This document shows positions 1 through 11,496 of a stretch of DNA of 64,000 bases, piece after piece. The notes beneath the pieces are model-generated. The model saw only the letters and a program-made list of their open reading frames with translations, had not been told where the DNA came from and searched no databases. Origin of the DNA: Eledone cirrhosa (taxonomy: Eukaryota); NCBI GenBank assembly GCA_964016885.1, contig CAXHJY010000301.1, forward strand, positions 152,487 through 216,486. Direction: 5' to 3'. The position numbers were made by a program, and so were the translations under genes. The stretch's first letter is position 1. Every line of letters begins with the position of its first letter.

Positions 1-1826
1 ACATTGTCTTGGTGAGGTGTAAGTGTGTGAGGTCGGAATTTATCAGCTCGTCCCAGGTTTTTCTGGGTCTGCCTATTCCGTGGCTACCGTCTATCTTTAT
101 TGCCCTGCACTTTGTTATACAGCTATCGGCCTTCATGCGCATCACGTGACCATACCAACGTAGCCTTCTCTCGAGTAAACAACATCTGATCCCTCTTATT
201 TCTAATTTTTTCCTTAGTTCGTTTATGCTTTGCCGTTCACGTATATTACTATTACACATCCAGCGGAACATGCAAGCTTCGTTTCTCTCTAGTCTGCGTA
301 TATACTCTGCACACAATGCCCAGGTCTCACTACCATGCAACATTGCTGTTCGTATGCAGGCATCGTACAACCTGCCTTTCATTTTTAGGGAGAACCCTTT
401 AGCGGCTAATAGTGGTATAAGCTCTCTGAACTTTTTCCATCCAGTTCTGACTCTAGCTACTGTACTTTCAGAGCACCCTCCCCCACTGCTGATTTTGTCA
501 CCCAGGTAACGGAAGCTGTCCACTATTTCTATAGAACCCTCTGCGCAGTTGAAAGAGCTAGTATTTTGTGGGCACTTGCTGCTACTTATTGCACCAGAGC
601 ACCGGCCACATGTAAAATCTATGTTCTTAGTTAGCTTACCTGTGATCCCACTACATCTTTTATGCACCCATACTTTGCATTTGGGACACAAAATGGAGTT
701 TCTACCTACGCCTTTCCTACACACTGAGCATGGCCACTTCCCGGAAGGGACCGCTGCCTTATTTCCTTTCTTAGAAACTAGAACTTTAGTCTTAGCCAGG
801 TTAATTTTAAGGCCTTTTGATTCTAGGTCGTGCTTCCGTGTTTGGAATTTCTTCTCTAGCTCGGCCATTGAGTGTTAGGTCATCTGCGTATAGGAGTTCC
901 CATGGGCAACCGGTCTTGAACTCCTCTGTTATAGCCTGAAGGGCAATAATAAATAGTAGGGGGCTGAGAACAGAGCCCTGATGGACGCCAACTTTTACAC
1001 TAAACTCTTCACTATATTCGTTGTTAATTCTAACCTTGCTCACTGTTTCTTTATACATGGCTTGTATAGCTCTCACAAGCCATTCGTCAACACCTAGTTT
1101 TCTAAGAGCCCACCAGATAATGGAACGGGGGACTCTGTCGAAGGCTTTCTCCAAGTCGACAAAAGCTAAGTATAGGGGTTTACTTTTAGCTAGGTACTTC
1201 TCCTGTAGTTGTCGTACAATGAAAAGAGCGTCTGTGGTACTTTTGCCTGACACAAACCCGAACTGCATTTCATCTAGATCAATTCTCTCTCTGATTAGTT
1301 GCGCTATTACTTTTTCCGTGACCTTCATGACCTGGTCGATTAATTTAATGCCTCTATAGTTACTCCTATCTAGGGCATCTCCTTTACCTTTATAACAGTT
1401 AACGATGATGCTGCTACGCCAGTCCTTCGGAACAACCCCATTCTGTACGACTTGGTTGACTATCCGGGTGACCATGGTGTGTCCCACCGTACTAGATGCC
1501 TTCAGCATCTCGGCAACTATTTCCGAAGGCCCAGCCGCCTTAATATCTTTGATTGCCTTACTTATTATACTACCCTCGACTAACACTGCTGGTCCCTCTA
1601 TTAGGTCGATGTGGGGGAGACTGTCTTTCTCCCATTTATTCTCCTCATTTAGTAGCCTTTCATAGTGACACTTCCAAGCTACCTTCTTATCAGCGTCGGT
1701 GATGGCAAGTACGCCGTCATCATTAAGTACACACTTCTCCCTGACAATATCACGGTTTTCCTTGACACTTTGCCTAGCAATCCTGAACACCTCACGTTTT
1801 TGGTCCTCGCGTTGTAGAACATGCAT
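1..1826 (-). mobile_element. RTE-clade LINE family A, 5'-truncated, frameshifted RT/PHD/C-terminal part (runs off window start)
   Basis: ORF 807-1826 has FVDLEKAFDRV, GVHQGSVLSPLLF, YADD; downstream sequence closely matches the intact copy at 57209-60229. Confidence 0.92.
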
Positions 1827-1842
1827 ATGTAGAACATATGCA

Positions 1843-2199
1843 TATCATCATCATCATCATCATTTCATTGTACGTTCGCTTTTTCCCTGCTTGCAAGAGT
1901 GGGACAGGAACTGATTCTGGCTTGATTTCTACAGCTGGATGCCCTTCCTAACACCAACCTCATTTACAGTGAGTGCTGGGTGCTTTTTTTCCGTGGCGTC
2001 TATATGTCCACTTTACAGTGTGGGCTGGGTGCTTTTTTTCTGTGGCACCTCCACGACCTCTTTGCAGTGGAATGATACGGACCCCAGTCCTATCATCTCA
2101 TTTCTACAGCTGAGTAAACTGGAGCAATGTGAAATAAAGTGTCTTGCTGAAGGAAACAACACATCACCCGGTCTGAGAATTGAACTGACAACCTTTCGA
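1843..2199 (-). mobile_element. tRNA-headed SINE, head truncated, C-type tail + (GAT)n
   Basis: Matches complete copies at 7041-7392 and 32188-32510; retains two internal subrepeats. Confidence 0.85.
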
Positions 2200-2241
2200 T
2201 ACAAAATGAAAAATAACCGAGGTGCCCTACACGAGTGAAAG

Positions 2242-2534
2242 TATAAAGAAAAAAAGATGAAATCGAAAATGCAACTGAAGTCTTATTTTAAAAAAAATAT
2301 ATTTATTTGGTTCCTTTACCGGTTTCGCAGTTCTTCTGCTTTTCAAAAGTAGAGTTGAGATGGAGGGTCTGTGGTTTTTCTCACATCTGATGTGAGAAAA
2401 ACCACAGACCCTCCATCTCAACTCTACTTTTGAAAAGCAGAAGAACTGCGAAACCGGTAAAGGAACCAAATAAATATATTTTTTTAAAAATAAGACTTCA
2501 GTTGCATTTTCGATTTCATCTTTTTTTCTTTATA
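2242..2534. repeat. Near-perfect palindrome (about 146-bp arms, centre 2388), probable head-to-head PLE terminal fragment
   Basis: ...GTGGTTTTTCTCACATC-T-GATGTGAGAAAAACCAC... with complementarity out to TATAAAGAAAA/TTTTCTTTATA. Confidence 0.9.
2427..2462 (+). ncRNA. Minimal type I hammerhead ribozyme-like motif, U3-A8 variant (mirror copy 2314-2349, minus)
   Basis: CUU-UUGAAAA-GCAG aagaa CUGC-GAAA-CCGG-UA-AAG; palindromic stem III typical of PLE hammerheads; AATAAA follows. Confidence 0.7.
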
Positions 2535-4177
2535 TATATATAGAATTAACAAGAATCAAAGCTATGTTCAAAGCATTTATTCACTTACAATTGTTTCATC
2601 CAAACCTAGGCTTGGAGTCTTCGGAGCATTTTTCAATGTTTGTACACATAATTGACCTCCTTTCCAACGCAAGAGACATACAGATACATATATATATATA
2701 TTGATGTACAGTGGAGTGACATATATTATACTATGATCAAAATTAAAATCAAAATCAAAATTAAAATACATTTGGCAGATAACACAGATAATGCAAGAGG
2801 ATAGTTTGATAGTCAGATCTAGTAGGTAGTGTATGCGTTAGTTACACATGGAGCATGCAAGTGTGTCTCATTTTTATACTATTATTGTGTGGCAGGGTGT
2901 TACGCGTAATGCAAGCACTTTAAGTGGGTAAGCAAGATTATTATGGTGGTTATAGTGGTAAGGTATTTTTTGTATAGAACAAAAAAGTATGTGTGCAGAA
3001 AAATAAAAAGAAAAAGAAGAAGCAAAAGAAAGTTATGGTTTTCGTATCCCCCACCATTTTCACATTCAGAAAAAGTAAGAAATACTTTCTACATCCATCA
3101 CATAAGTAACGATGATTCCGTATTGAATGTTTGATGTATTAAAATAAATTATTTTAGCGTATTGAGGCTCCGTGTTATTTAATCCAAGTTTATAGAATAG
3201 GTTGATTCTGCTGCGAGAATTTAAAGCGGTTTATTACCCGGAAGTATGTGTGTAATTAAGGGGAGGTAACTAGCCGAATCTCATAACTAAATTCATTGTT
3301 CTAACATACATTATAAGGCGCCTCAATTGAGTCCCTTATATAGACGGTTATACATTTATATCTAGTTTCCAATTTTAAATACAGTCTACTCTATCATGAT
3401 GTACTAAAGGTATCTATATTAGGATGATTACTCCCTATCATACAGTGCTACAATTGAATATTCCATACAAAGTGCCATACCTTTATATCAAAGTTCACTG
3501 TAAATGCAGTCTACTCTCAGAACATATCAGGGGACCTATTAGAATTTTGTCTACATAACCCCTGGCAAGTTATGGAGCAGCGTATGGCTGTTTGCATGGC
3601 AAAACAAAATACATCTCTAGGGTAGACAAATACATCTCACATTTACAATGTCATTAATCTATCCATCAAGTTATACTTGCATATATAATTCATACATAAT
3701 TCATTGCAGCACCCTACATATAAGTTAGACATATCTCTTATGTTAATAAATTAGTCTTATATATATCCAATGTTATCACTCCATACATTTAATTACAAAC
3801 GCATAAATAATTCATTGCCGTATCTAGTATTTAAAGTTTATATAGACTGTATTGTATCATTATATAATTATAAGTAATTGAAAGTAGTTATATTAAAAGT
3901 AGGTGTTCATGGGGATATTTCTAGGGTATAAAGTTATAGATAGATGGAATGATTTGTGTCGAGATAGGGTGGATCAGAGAGTGTGGAGTTGTGGTGTAAG
4001 GTGTGCCCTTGAGGTGTGTTGTTAGTAGTGGTGATGGGTTCAAGTCCGACATTGTTATATATTGGGTTTAAAGTTTTGGAAGGAGTGCAGGAAGTGGTGC
4101 TGGCACGACGCAAACACTTCCGATTTTTTATTAAGGAGGTTATGGTTTGAGAAGATTATAGTATGGGTCTCTAGTAG

Positions 4178-5511
4178 GTGGTTTGTACCGCGATGATGCA
4201 CCTTATAGATTATAAAAAATTTAATATAGAAAGAACTAGAAAACTATTGCACAAGACTTTCAAAAACTATAACCTAAATATCACCATAGACAAAAACACT
4301 AAAAACGTTAACTTCCTAGATGCCACCCTTTACCTAGACTCTAAGATTTATACACCATTCCATAAACCTAACGAAAAACTGATTTACGTAGATACCAAGT
4401 CTAACCACCCTAGATCAATATTAAGCTCTATCTCTAAAGGAATAACCAATAGAATCTCTAATCTATCTTATGACGAAAACATATTTAGCAAAAACTCACA
4501 ATACTATAATCTGGCATTAGCTAGATCAGGCCATAATAATGAGATCGAGTTCCTTCCTATAAAAACACATAGTTACAACATTATTTCGCACAATATGTCC
4601 ATGAGGAAAAATAGTAATAAGAATAATAACCACACACACACTAGTACGAAGGGTGACAACAAACGTAACCCACACCAGGGAGGACACCAAAATACCATAA
4701 ACGGAAGAATCTCACCAGACATAAAAAACAAAAATAGAAGAAATAATACATTTTTCAACCCCCCTTTCAATCTAAACGTCTCTACCAACCTACCTAAGGC
4801 TTTCTTCTCACTCCTAGATAAAAACTTCCCATCTGGCCACAAGTACCAGTCTTATAAATAAAAACACCATTAAAATCTCCTACTCTACCACGCCTAACAT
4901 AGCATACCACATAGCTAGTAGCAATAAAAGAAAAATTAATACTTACTTCCAACAAACTAAAACACAGCAGGGGGTAAACCTTCAAAACAATGTAATACCT
5001 GCAAACCCTAATATCAATAGTAATAATAGTAATAGCAGTAGTGAAAGCAATAACGCTAGGAGCGACTACCCCCATAGCCATAATGCAATACGTAGCAACC
5101 AGACTTCTACACACACAACATAATAACCGGCAGGTTAACATCCAAAATAATTGTAACTGTAGATCTAATAGAACCTGCCCTTTAGATAAAAACTGCTCAA
5201 TCAAGGACATCATATACTCATGCACCGTCAGAACTAGCAACTCTTCTGAAACCTATATAGGCTCTACTTCGAACTGCTTCAAAACCAGATACAATTCACA
5301 CCTCCATTCTTTCAAAAAACACAGTCTAGCCAACTCCACTTCACTATCTAGCTACATACACTATCTAAAAACTAGAAATAGATCTTATACACTTAAATGG
5401 GAAGTGATAGGTAGGCGGCATCGTACAAACCACCTAATAAATTCTGTAACCTCTGTCTACTAGAGACCCATACTATAATCTTCTCAAACCATAACCTCCT
5501 TAATAAAAAAT
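4178..5511 (+). pseudogene. PLE1 RT C-terminus + GIY-YIG endonuclease remnant (Naiad-like)
   Basis: VNFLDATL, PFHKPNEKLIYV..SNHP, FNPPFN, CNCRSNRTCPL (CxCx5C), IIYSCTV...YIGSTSNCFKTRYNSH; frameshifted. Confidence 0.88.
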
Positions 5512-6687
5512 CAAATAAACATTGGATATATAAGATTAATTTATTAACATAAGAGATATGTCTAACTTATATGTAGGGTGCTGCAATGAATTATGTATGA
5601 ATTGTATATGCAAGTATAACTTGATGGATAGATTAATGACATTGTAAATGTGAGATGTATTTGTCTACCCTAGAGATGTATTTTGTTTTGCCATGCAAAC
5701 AGCCATACGCTGCTCCATAACTTGCCAGGGGTTATGTAGACAAAATTCTAATAGGTCCCCTGATATGTTCTGAGAGTAGACTGCATTTACAGTGAACTTT
5801 GATATAAAGGTATGGCACTTTGTATGGAATATTCAATTGTAGCACTATATAATAGGGAGTAATCAACTTAATATAGATACCTTTAGTACATCATGATAGA
5901 GTAGACTGTATTTAAAATTGGAAACTAGATATAAATGTATAACCGTCTATATAAGGGACTCAATTGAGGCGCCTTATAATGTATGTTAGAACAATGAATT
6001 TAGTTATGAGATTCGGCTAGTTACCTCCCCTTAATTACACACATACTTCCGGGTAATAAACCGCTGTAAATTCTCGCAGCAGAATCAACCTATTCTATAA
6101 ACTTGGATTAAATAACACGGAGCCTCAATACGCTAAAATAATTTATTTTAATACATCAAACATTCAATACGGAATCATCGTTACTTATGTGATGGATGTA
6201 GAAAGTATTTCTTACTTTTTCTGAATGTGAAAATGGTGGGGGATACGAAAACCATAACTTTCTTTTGCTTCTTCTTTTTATTTTTATTTTTCTGCACACA
6301 TACTTTTTTGTTCTATACAAAAAATACCTTACCACTATAACCACCATAATAATCTTGCTTACCCACTTAAAGTGCTTGCATTACGCGTAACACCCTGCCA
6401 CACAATAATAGTATAAAAATGAGACACACTTGCATGCTCCATGTGTAACTAACGCATACACTACCTACTAGATCTGACTATCAAACTATCCTCTTGCATT
6501 ATCTGTGTTATCTGCCAAATGTATATTAATTTTGATTTTGATTTTGATTTTGAATTTGAATTGCTGTACAAAAATAGTATAGTATAATATATGTCACTCC
6601 AATGTACATCAATATATATATATATATGTATCTGTATGTCTCTTGTGTTGGAAAGGAGGTCAATTATGTGTACAAACATTGAAAAAT

Positions 6688-6732
6688 GCTCCGAAGACTC
6701 CAAGCCTAGGTTTGGATGAAACAATTGTAAGT
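6688..6732 (+). ncRNA. Hammerhead-like motif at PLE1 3' end, non-canonical core (mirror 2583-2627, minus)
   Basis: GCU-CCGAAGA-c UCCAA..UUGGA u-GAAA-CAAUUG-UA-AGU then GAATAAA; U4 replaced by C. Confidence 0.5.
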
Positions 6733-6932
6733 GAATAAATGCTTTGAACATAGCTTTGATTCTTGTGAATTCTATATAACTGCTCTGTAGAACAACTGAT
6801 GTTATTACATTGAGCTATTTATCTTACTGGTAATAAGGTAGTAATAAATTACTGACCTTCACTGTTTAGGGTTTAAAATATACATAACTATAAAAAGTTT
6901 TAATATATACATAACCATAAATAGTATCCCTA

Positions 6933-6959
6933 ATATATATATATATACACATACGTACG

Positions 6960-7017
<58 letters not shown>

Positions 7018-7040
7018 TACATACATACATACATACATAC
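6933..7040. repeat. (TA)n/(CA)n/(TACA)n compound microsatellite
   Basis: Direct reading. Confidence 0.95.
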
Positions 7041-7392
7041 CATCATCATTCATCATTTCATCATCATTTCATTTTACGTCCACTTGTCCCTGCTTGCAAG
7101 GGTGGGACGGGAACTGATTCTGGCTTATTTCTACAGCTGGATGCCCTTCCTAACCAACCTCATTTACAGTGAGTGCTGGGTGCTTTTTTTGCCGTGGCAC
7201 CTCCACGACCACTTTGCAGTGGAATGATAGGGACACCAGTCCCTATCATCTCATTTCTACAGCTGAGTAAACTGGAGCAATGTGAAATAAAGTGCCTTGC
7301 TCAAGGAAACAACACATCGCCTGCTCTGAAAATTGAACTCAAAACCTTTCGATTGCAAGGCCAATGCTCTAACCACTAAGCCATGTGCCTCC
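7041..7392 (-). mobile_element. Full-length tRNA-headed SINE, Meta/MESC-like core, C-type tail
   Basis: Head GGAGGCACATGGCTTAGTGGTTAGAGC (A box) and GAGTTCAATT (B box); core TCCTTGAGCAAGGCACTTTATTTCAC; tail matches RTE-C 3' end + (GAT)n. Confidence 0.88.
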
Positions 7393-8461
7393 ATGTATAT
7401 ATATATCTGTCCCCTTAATCTATTTTATCTCTCATTCCTCCCTCTGATGAATGTACTGTACCGATTGTGTTGTTATTTCTGTTTACCTTTTACATGTATA
7501 TATATATTAGTTTTGCGAGGTTTTTTATATGAAATCGTGTGTCGAAATAAATATTGTTATGTAAAGTAAACCCCGTATAAACTGTAAAACTAGAAACATA
7601 GTCTATAGGATAAGATGTACAGAAGGTACTTGCAGAAACATGACAATAACATACATAGGCGAGACAGCTCGTAGAATAGGTGAAAGGATAGACCAACAGG
7701 GGGGGAGGGGGGACTAAAAGGACGAAAAAACGGTTCAGTACTATACGAACATGCCAGACAACAACACGGCAGTAACATAGACAACATAGAAAAATATCTA
7801 AACATAGAAATGACCCAGCAGATAGGCAAATCAGAGAGGCCAGTGAAATAGAACTTAGAAGGCCAAGGCTAAACTGAAAAAAATGAATGGAATAACAACA
7901 ACACCCAAACAAACAACACTGACCTAAGAGAAGTATAAATAAATAAATAAATACATACACAAGCACAGTAACAACAAGCACATATAAACACACACTAGCA
8001 AACTAAGATAGAATACAATAACCAATACACAGTCACCCAAACACGAACACACGTCAAACAAAACACTATACACGCACGCAAACGCATGCGCAGAAAAGAC
8101 AAAAAAAACCAAAACAAATAAATAAATAAATAAATAAACAGACTAAATAAAGATGGCGTAAGCATACAATACAACGGGAGGAAACATAATAGCACCACTG
8201 ATGATGTTGCAGATGTGCAACGAAATAACTTTGTTAGACTATATTTATGTGTTTGTGTCTATATTGTATCTGTATTTTTGACCGTTGGCCAGTCAATGGT
8301 AACATTGAGGACCGAATAAATTAAATTAAATTAACCAATATAAAAGACACAGAAGCGAAAACCAACCAAACTGAGTGTGTTCTGTTATTAATTCTGGCAA
8401 TATGACCCTCCCCAAGTATAACAATATATATATATGCATATATATATATATGTATATATAT

Positions 8462-11042
8462 TTATTAAAATAACAGATTAAAGTTTAAGCAAAGAATCGC
8501 TGCTTTCACCCTTAACGGGATCTTCTGAAACTAACAAAGTCAATCTGTAAACGCAGAACTGGATATTTCAAAAAACGTTGCAACCGGAGGAAGACAGGAA
8601 GGCGATACTTTGGTTCGTGGTAACGTTCACTGGCAAAGAACGGGAAAAAACGAATAATACGTCATTGATAGGAGCGGTGAAAAACAATTACGCGCAAAGA
8701 CAGAACCACGTTTATGGTATAAAAGAGGTCGTAGACTAATGTTCTCTTAGGTGGTGCATAGAGACGTTCTCTGGCAATAAATGAAAAAACGAAGAAATAA
8801 GTCATATGTGGAGCATAGAGAACAATAGCACGCAAAGACAAAACCACGTAAATGGTATAGCAGAAGTCATAGACTAAAATTCTAACTAGGAGACCAAATG
8901 AATCTCCGCTACGGAGTTAAGAACAAAGTAAATAAATACAATACAGAAGTAATAGAAACAAATAAATACATACACGCAAACAGATACGTACATACACAAG
9001 CATACGCAAAACCTTACCATCCGTATACAAAACCACGCACATATAAATATGTGTGTGTGTGTGTGTGCTTGTGTACAAATAAATAAATAATTATATAAAC
9101 GTATATAAGTAAATAAATACGTATATAACAAGCGCACACGCATACCTACATATAAATACACGAATTTCGGAGACGTAAGTCAACTACAAGAGGTACACAT
9201 ATACACACACTCACCATATGTACGAACCTGCATACTCACGCAGACGCAAAAATCCCGTATACACATAGCCAAACCCTAAATACCAGAATTATACGCCATA
9301 ACAGTCAAATATACGTACAAGAAGGTATATATACCTTCACAAAACATACGGGTAATATATACTTACCTATGCAAATAAGTAAAGGAATAAACAAAACATA
9401 TACTTAGCTCCCACATCAAGATGTAAAATACCCACGTATAGATCGTGCTATCCGTTAGGGTATAACGTGGGGCTGTAATACAGGAAAGTTTTGTGCAATT
9501 TATGTTTACAAGCCGAAATTGCCTCAGATTTTTTGTTTAAGATGTGGTCTGTGGCATAGAGTATTTCCAGGGCCTCAGCGGCGCAGAGGTCACATGGTCT
9601 TTTATTTCCGTTATACGATCTAGCCCTAGCTAGGATCTCCCAGTGTAACTTATATTGGGTGCGGTTGTCTTTTAGACTCCAGATATAAGCTGAAAGTGAC
9701 GTCATATTCCTTCTTAGAGGGTAACGAAAAGAATGGGTATGCATGTAAAGACGCTGCTTGAAACTATTGGCGGTTAACCCTATGTAGGCCCTACAGGACG
9801 TGGGTGTTACAACCTTACATTTGTAGACAATGTTACTAGAGAGGCATTTCCCGGATAGGGGGCAATCAACCCGATTCCTACAATTACAATTAGTACTAAC
9901 TACAGGGTTGCACGTGTTCCTACGGCTAGGTAGTTTAGCTAAATTTGAAGCTGTGATGTTATGTGCAAGGTTAGGAGTCGTAGAGTAAGAAATTTTAATA
10001 GTATTTCTATTAAAAATTTTACTATATTTATGTGTAGGGGGAAAAATGCTTCGTAATAAGGGAAAGAAAGATCTTAGCTAATGGTGTGGCTACCTCCATA
10101 TTATATGGTGGGTTAAACCAACAAATGCGACGGGATCTATTTCTTCTAGGTCTATTTTCGTACTCTGTATATGCTACCTTATCGACAAATCCACTTCGAG
10201 CAAGAGCTTCATTGTAATAAGTGGAATGGTCGTTGAAAATGCGCTCGTTGGTGGAAAGACGGGAGAGCCTCAACGAAACGTTTCTTACCAGGTTCTTGGT
10301 TATGCTGGCAGGATGGTTGGAATGCTTACTTATGTAATTAAGCATATCATTCGGCTTTCTATACGGGTAATACAACCCATTCAATAAATTGAGGGTAACG
10401 TCGAGGTAATTAACGACCGAGAGATTGGCCTCAACCTGTATAGAGAGGTTGAAGCCTTTGAAGAAGGCTGTGAGTTCTTTTCTGAACCTGTTGCAAGCAC
10501 GAGGTCCGCACTTAGTCATGGTCAAAAGACCATCGTCACGGTACAAACCACCGCCCGCGTTGCGGAATTCGTCCTTGATAGAGAAAAGAAGGAAAAGGCC
10601 AATAAGATCAGTAACCTCCGCAGAGTCACTGGCGCCCATACTCACGTCGAATGGGCTACTATTGGCTTTTTTAATCCAAATAGAGTCGTCGAAATTAATC
10701 ACCGACTTTCGGGCATTAAGGATGACATCAACTTCAAAATCCTTAACCACTGTGAGTGTTTTAGCGAAATTGATAGCTCTAAGGAGAAGTGGTAAAGTGA
10801 TGGAGGAGTAGTACTTGTTGATGTCGAATTGGATAAAACGGCAATGTTCCTTGTTACATATGCCGTTGAACCAATCAATCACCGCGAAAGAATTGTTCCA
10901 CAGTGCGAGAGGGGCCAAACTTCTAATTTCAGGTATAATTCTATCAAGAATCGTTTTACTAAGTCTACCTAAATCGGACTTCGTAGGGTTAATAAGCCGA
11001 ATAGAGGGGTTGTTCGGAAAATTAGATTTGTGATGGATTCTA
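8462..11042 (-). mobile_element. Penelope-like element PLE3, 5'-truncated (RT + GIY-YIG + 3' UTR)
   Basis: RLINPTKSDLG, FIQFDINKYYSSI, VSMGASDSAEV, GLYRDDG, WFNPPYN; C-terminus TSLSAYIW...CDLC..E...LN..SE..S.CKH, stop at 9448. Confidence 0.9.
8482..8532 (-). ncRNA. Hammerhead-like motif at PLE3 3' end, non-canonical core
   Basis: AGUUU-CAGAAGA-u CCC guuaa GGG u-GAAA-GCA..UGC-UU-AAACU then AATAAA; U4 replaced by A. Confidence 0.5.
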
Positions 11043-11065
11043 GTCTTCAATTTTATTATTATTAC

Positions 11066-11105
<40 letters not shown>

Positions 11106-11109
11106 TATA

Positions 11110-11435
11110 TCATCATCATCATCATTTTACGTCCGCTTTTCCCTGCTTGTAAGGGTGGGACGGGAAATGATTCTGGCTTGATTTCTACAGCTGGATGCCC
11201 TTCCTAACACCAACCTCATTTACAGTGAGTGGTGGGTGCTTTTTTCCCGTAGCACCTCCACGACCACTTTGCAGTGGAATGATATGGACTCCAGTCGCTA
11301 TCATCTCATTTCTACAGCTGAGTAAACTGGAGCAATGTGAAATAAAGTGTCTTGCTGAAGGAAACAACACATCACCTGGTCTGAGAATTGAACTCACAAC
11401 TTTTCGATTGCAAGGCCAATGCTCTAAGCCATGTG

Positions 11436-11438
<3 letters not shown>
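11110..11438 (-). mobile_element. tRNA-headed SINE, C-type tail
   Basis: Same family as 7041-7392, small deletion in head. Confidence 0.87.
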
Positions 11439-11492
<54 letters not shown>

Positions 11493-11496
11493 CTAT

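Larger units (their letters stand above)
2536..6932 (+). mobile_element. Penelope-like element PLE1, 5'-truncated, with an inverted copy of its own 3' end on the left
   Basis: 2536-3774 is the reverse complement of about 5519-6778; 4121-4177 is the reverse complement of about 5457-5511; RT/GIY-YIG remnant in between. Confidence 0.9.

Noticed and set aside
225-1914. Recurrent plus-strand ORFs such as [11 protein letters not shown].. and MLILTLLTVS.. (also opposite other RTE copies)
   Set aside because: Antisense shadows of the RTE coding strand
2536-6778. DNA transposon with long terminal inverted repeats (also 28890-31972)
   Set aside because: Interiors encode PLE RT/GIY-YIG rather than transposase; the arms are copies of the PLE 3' end
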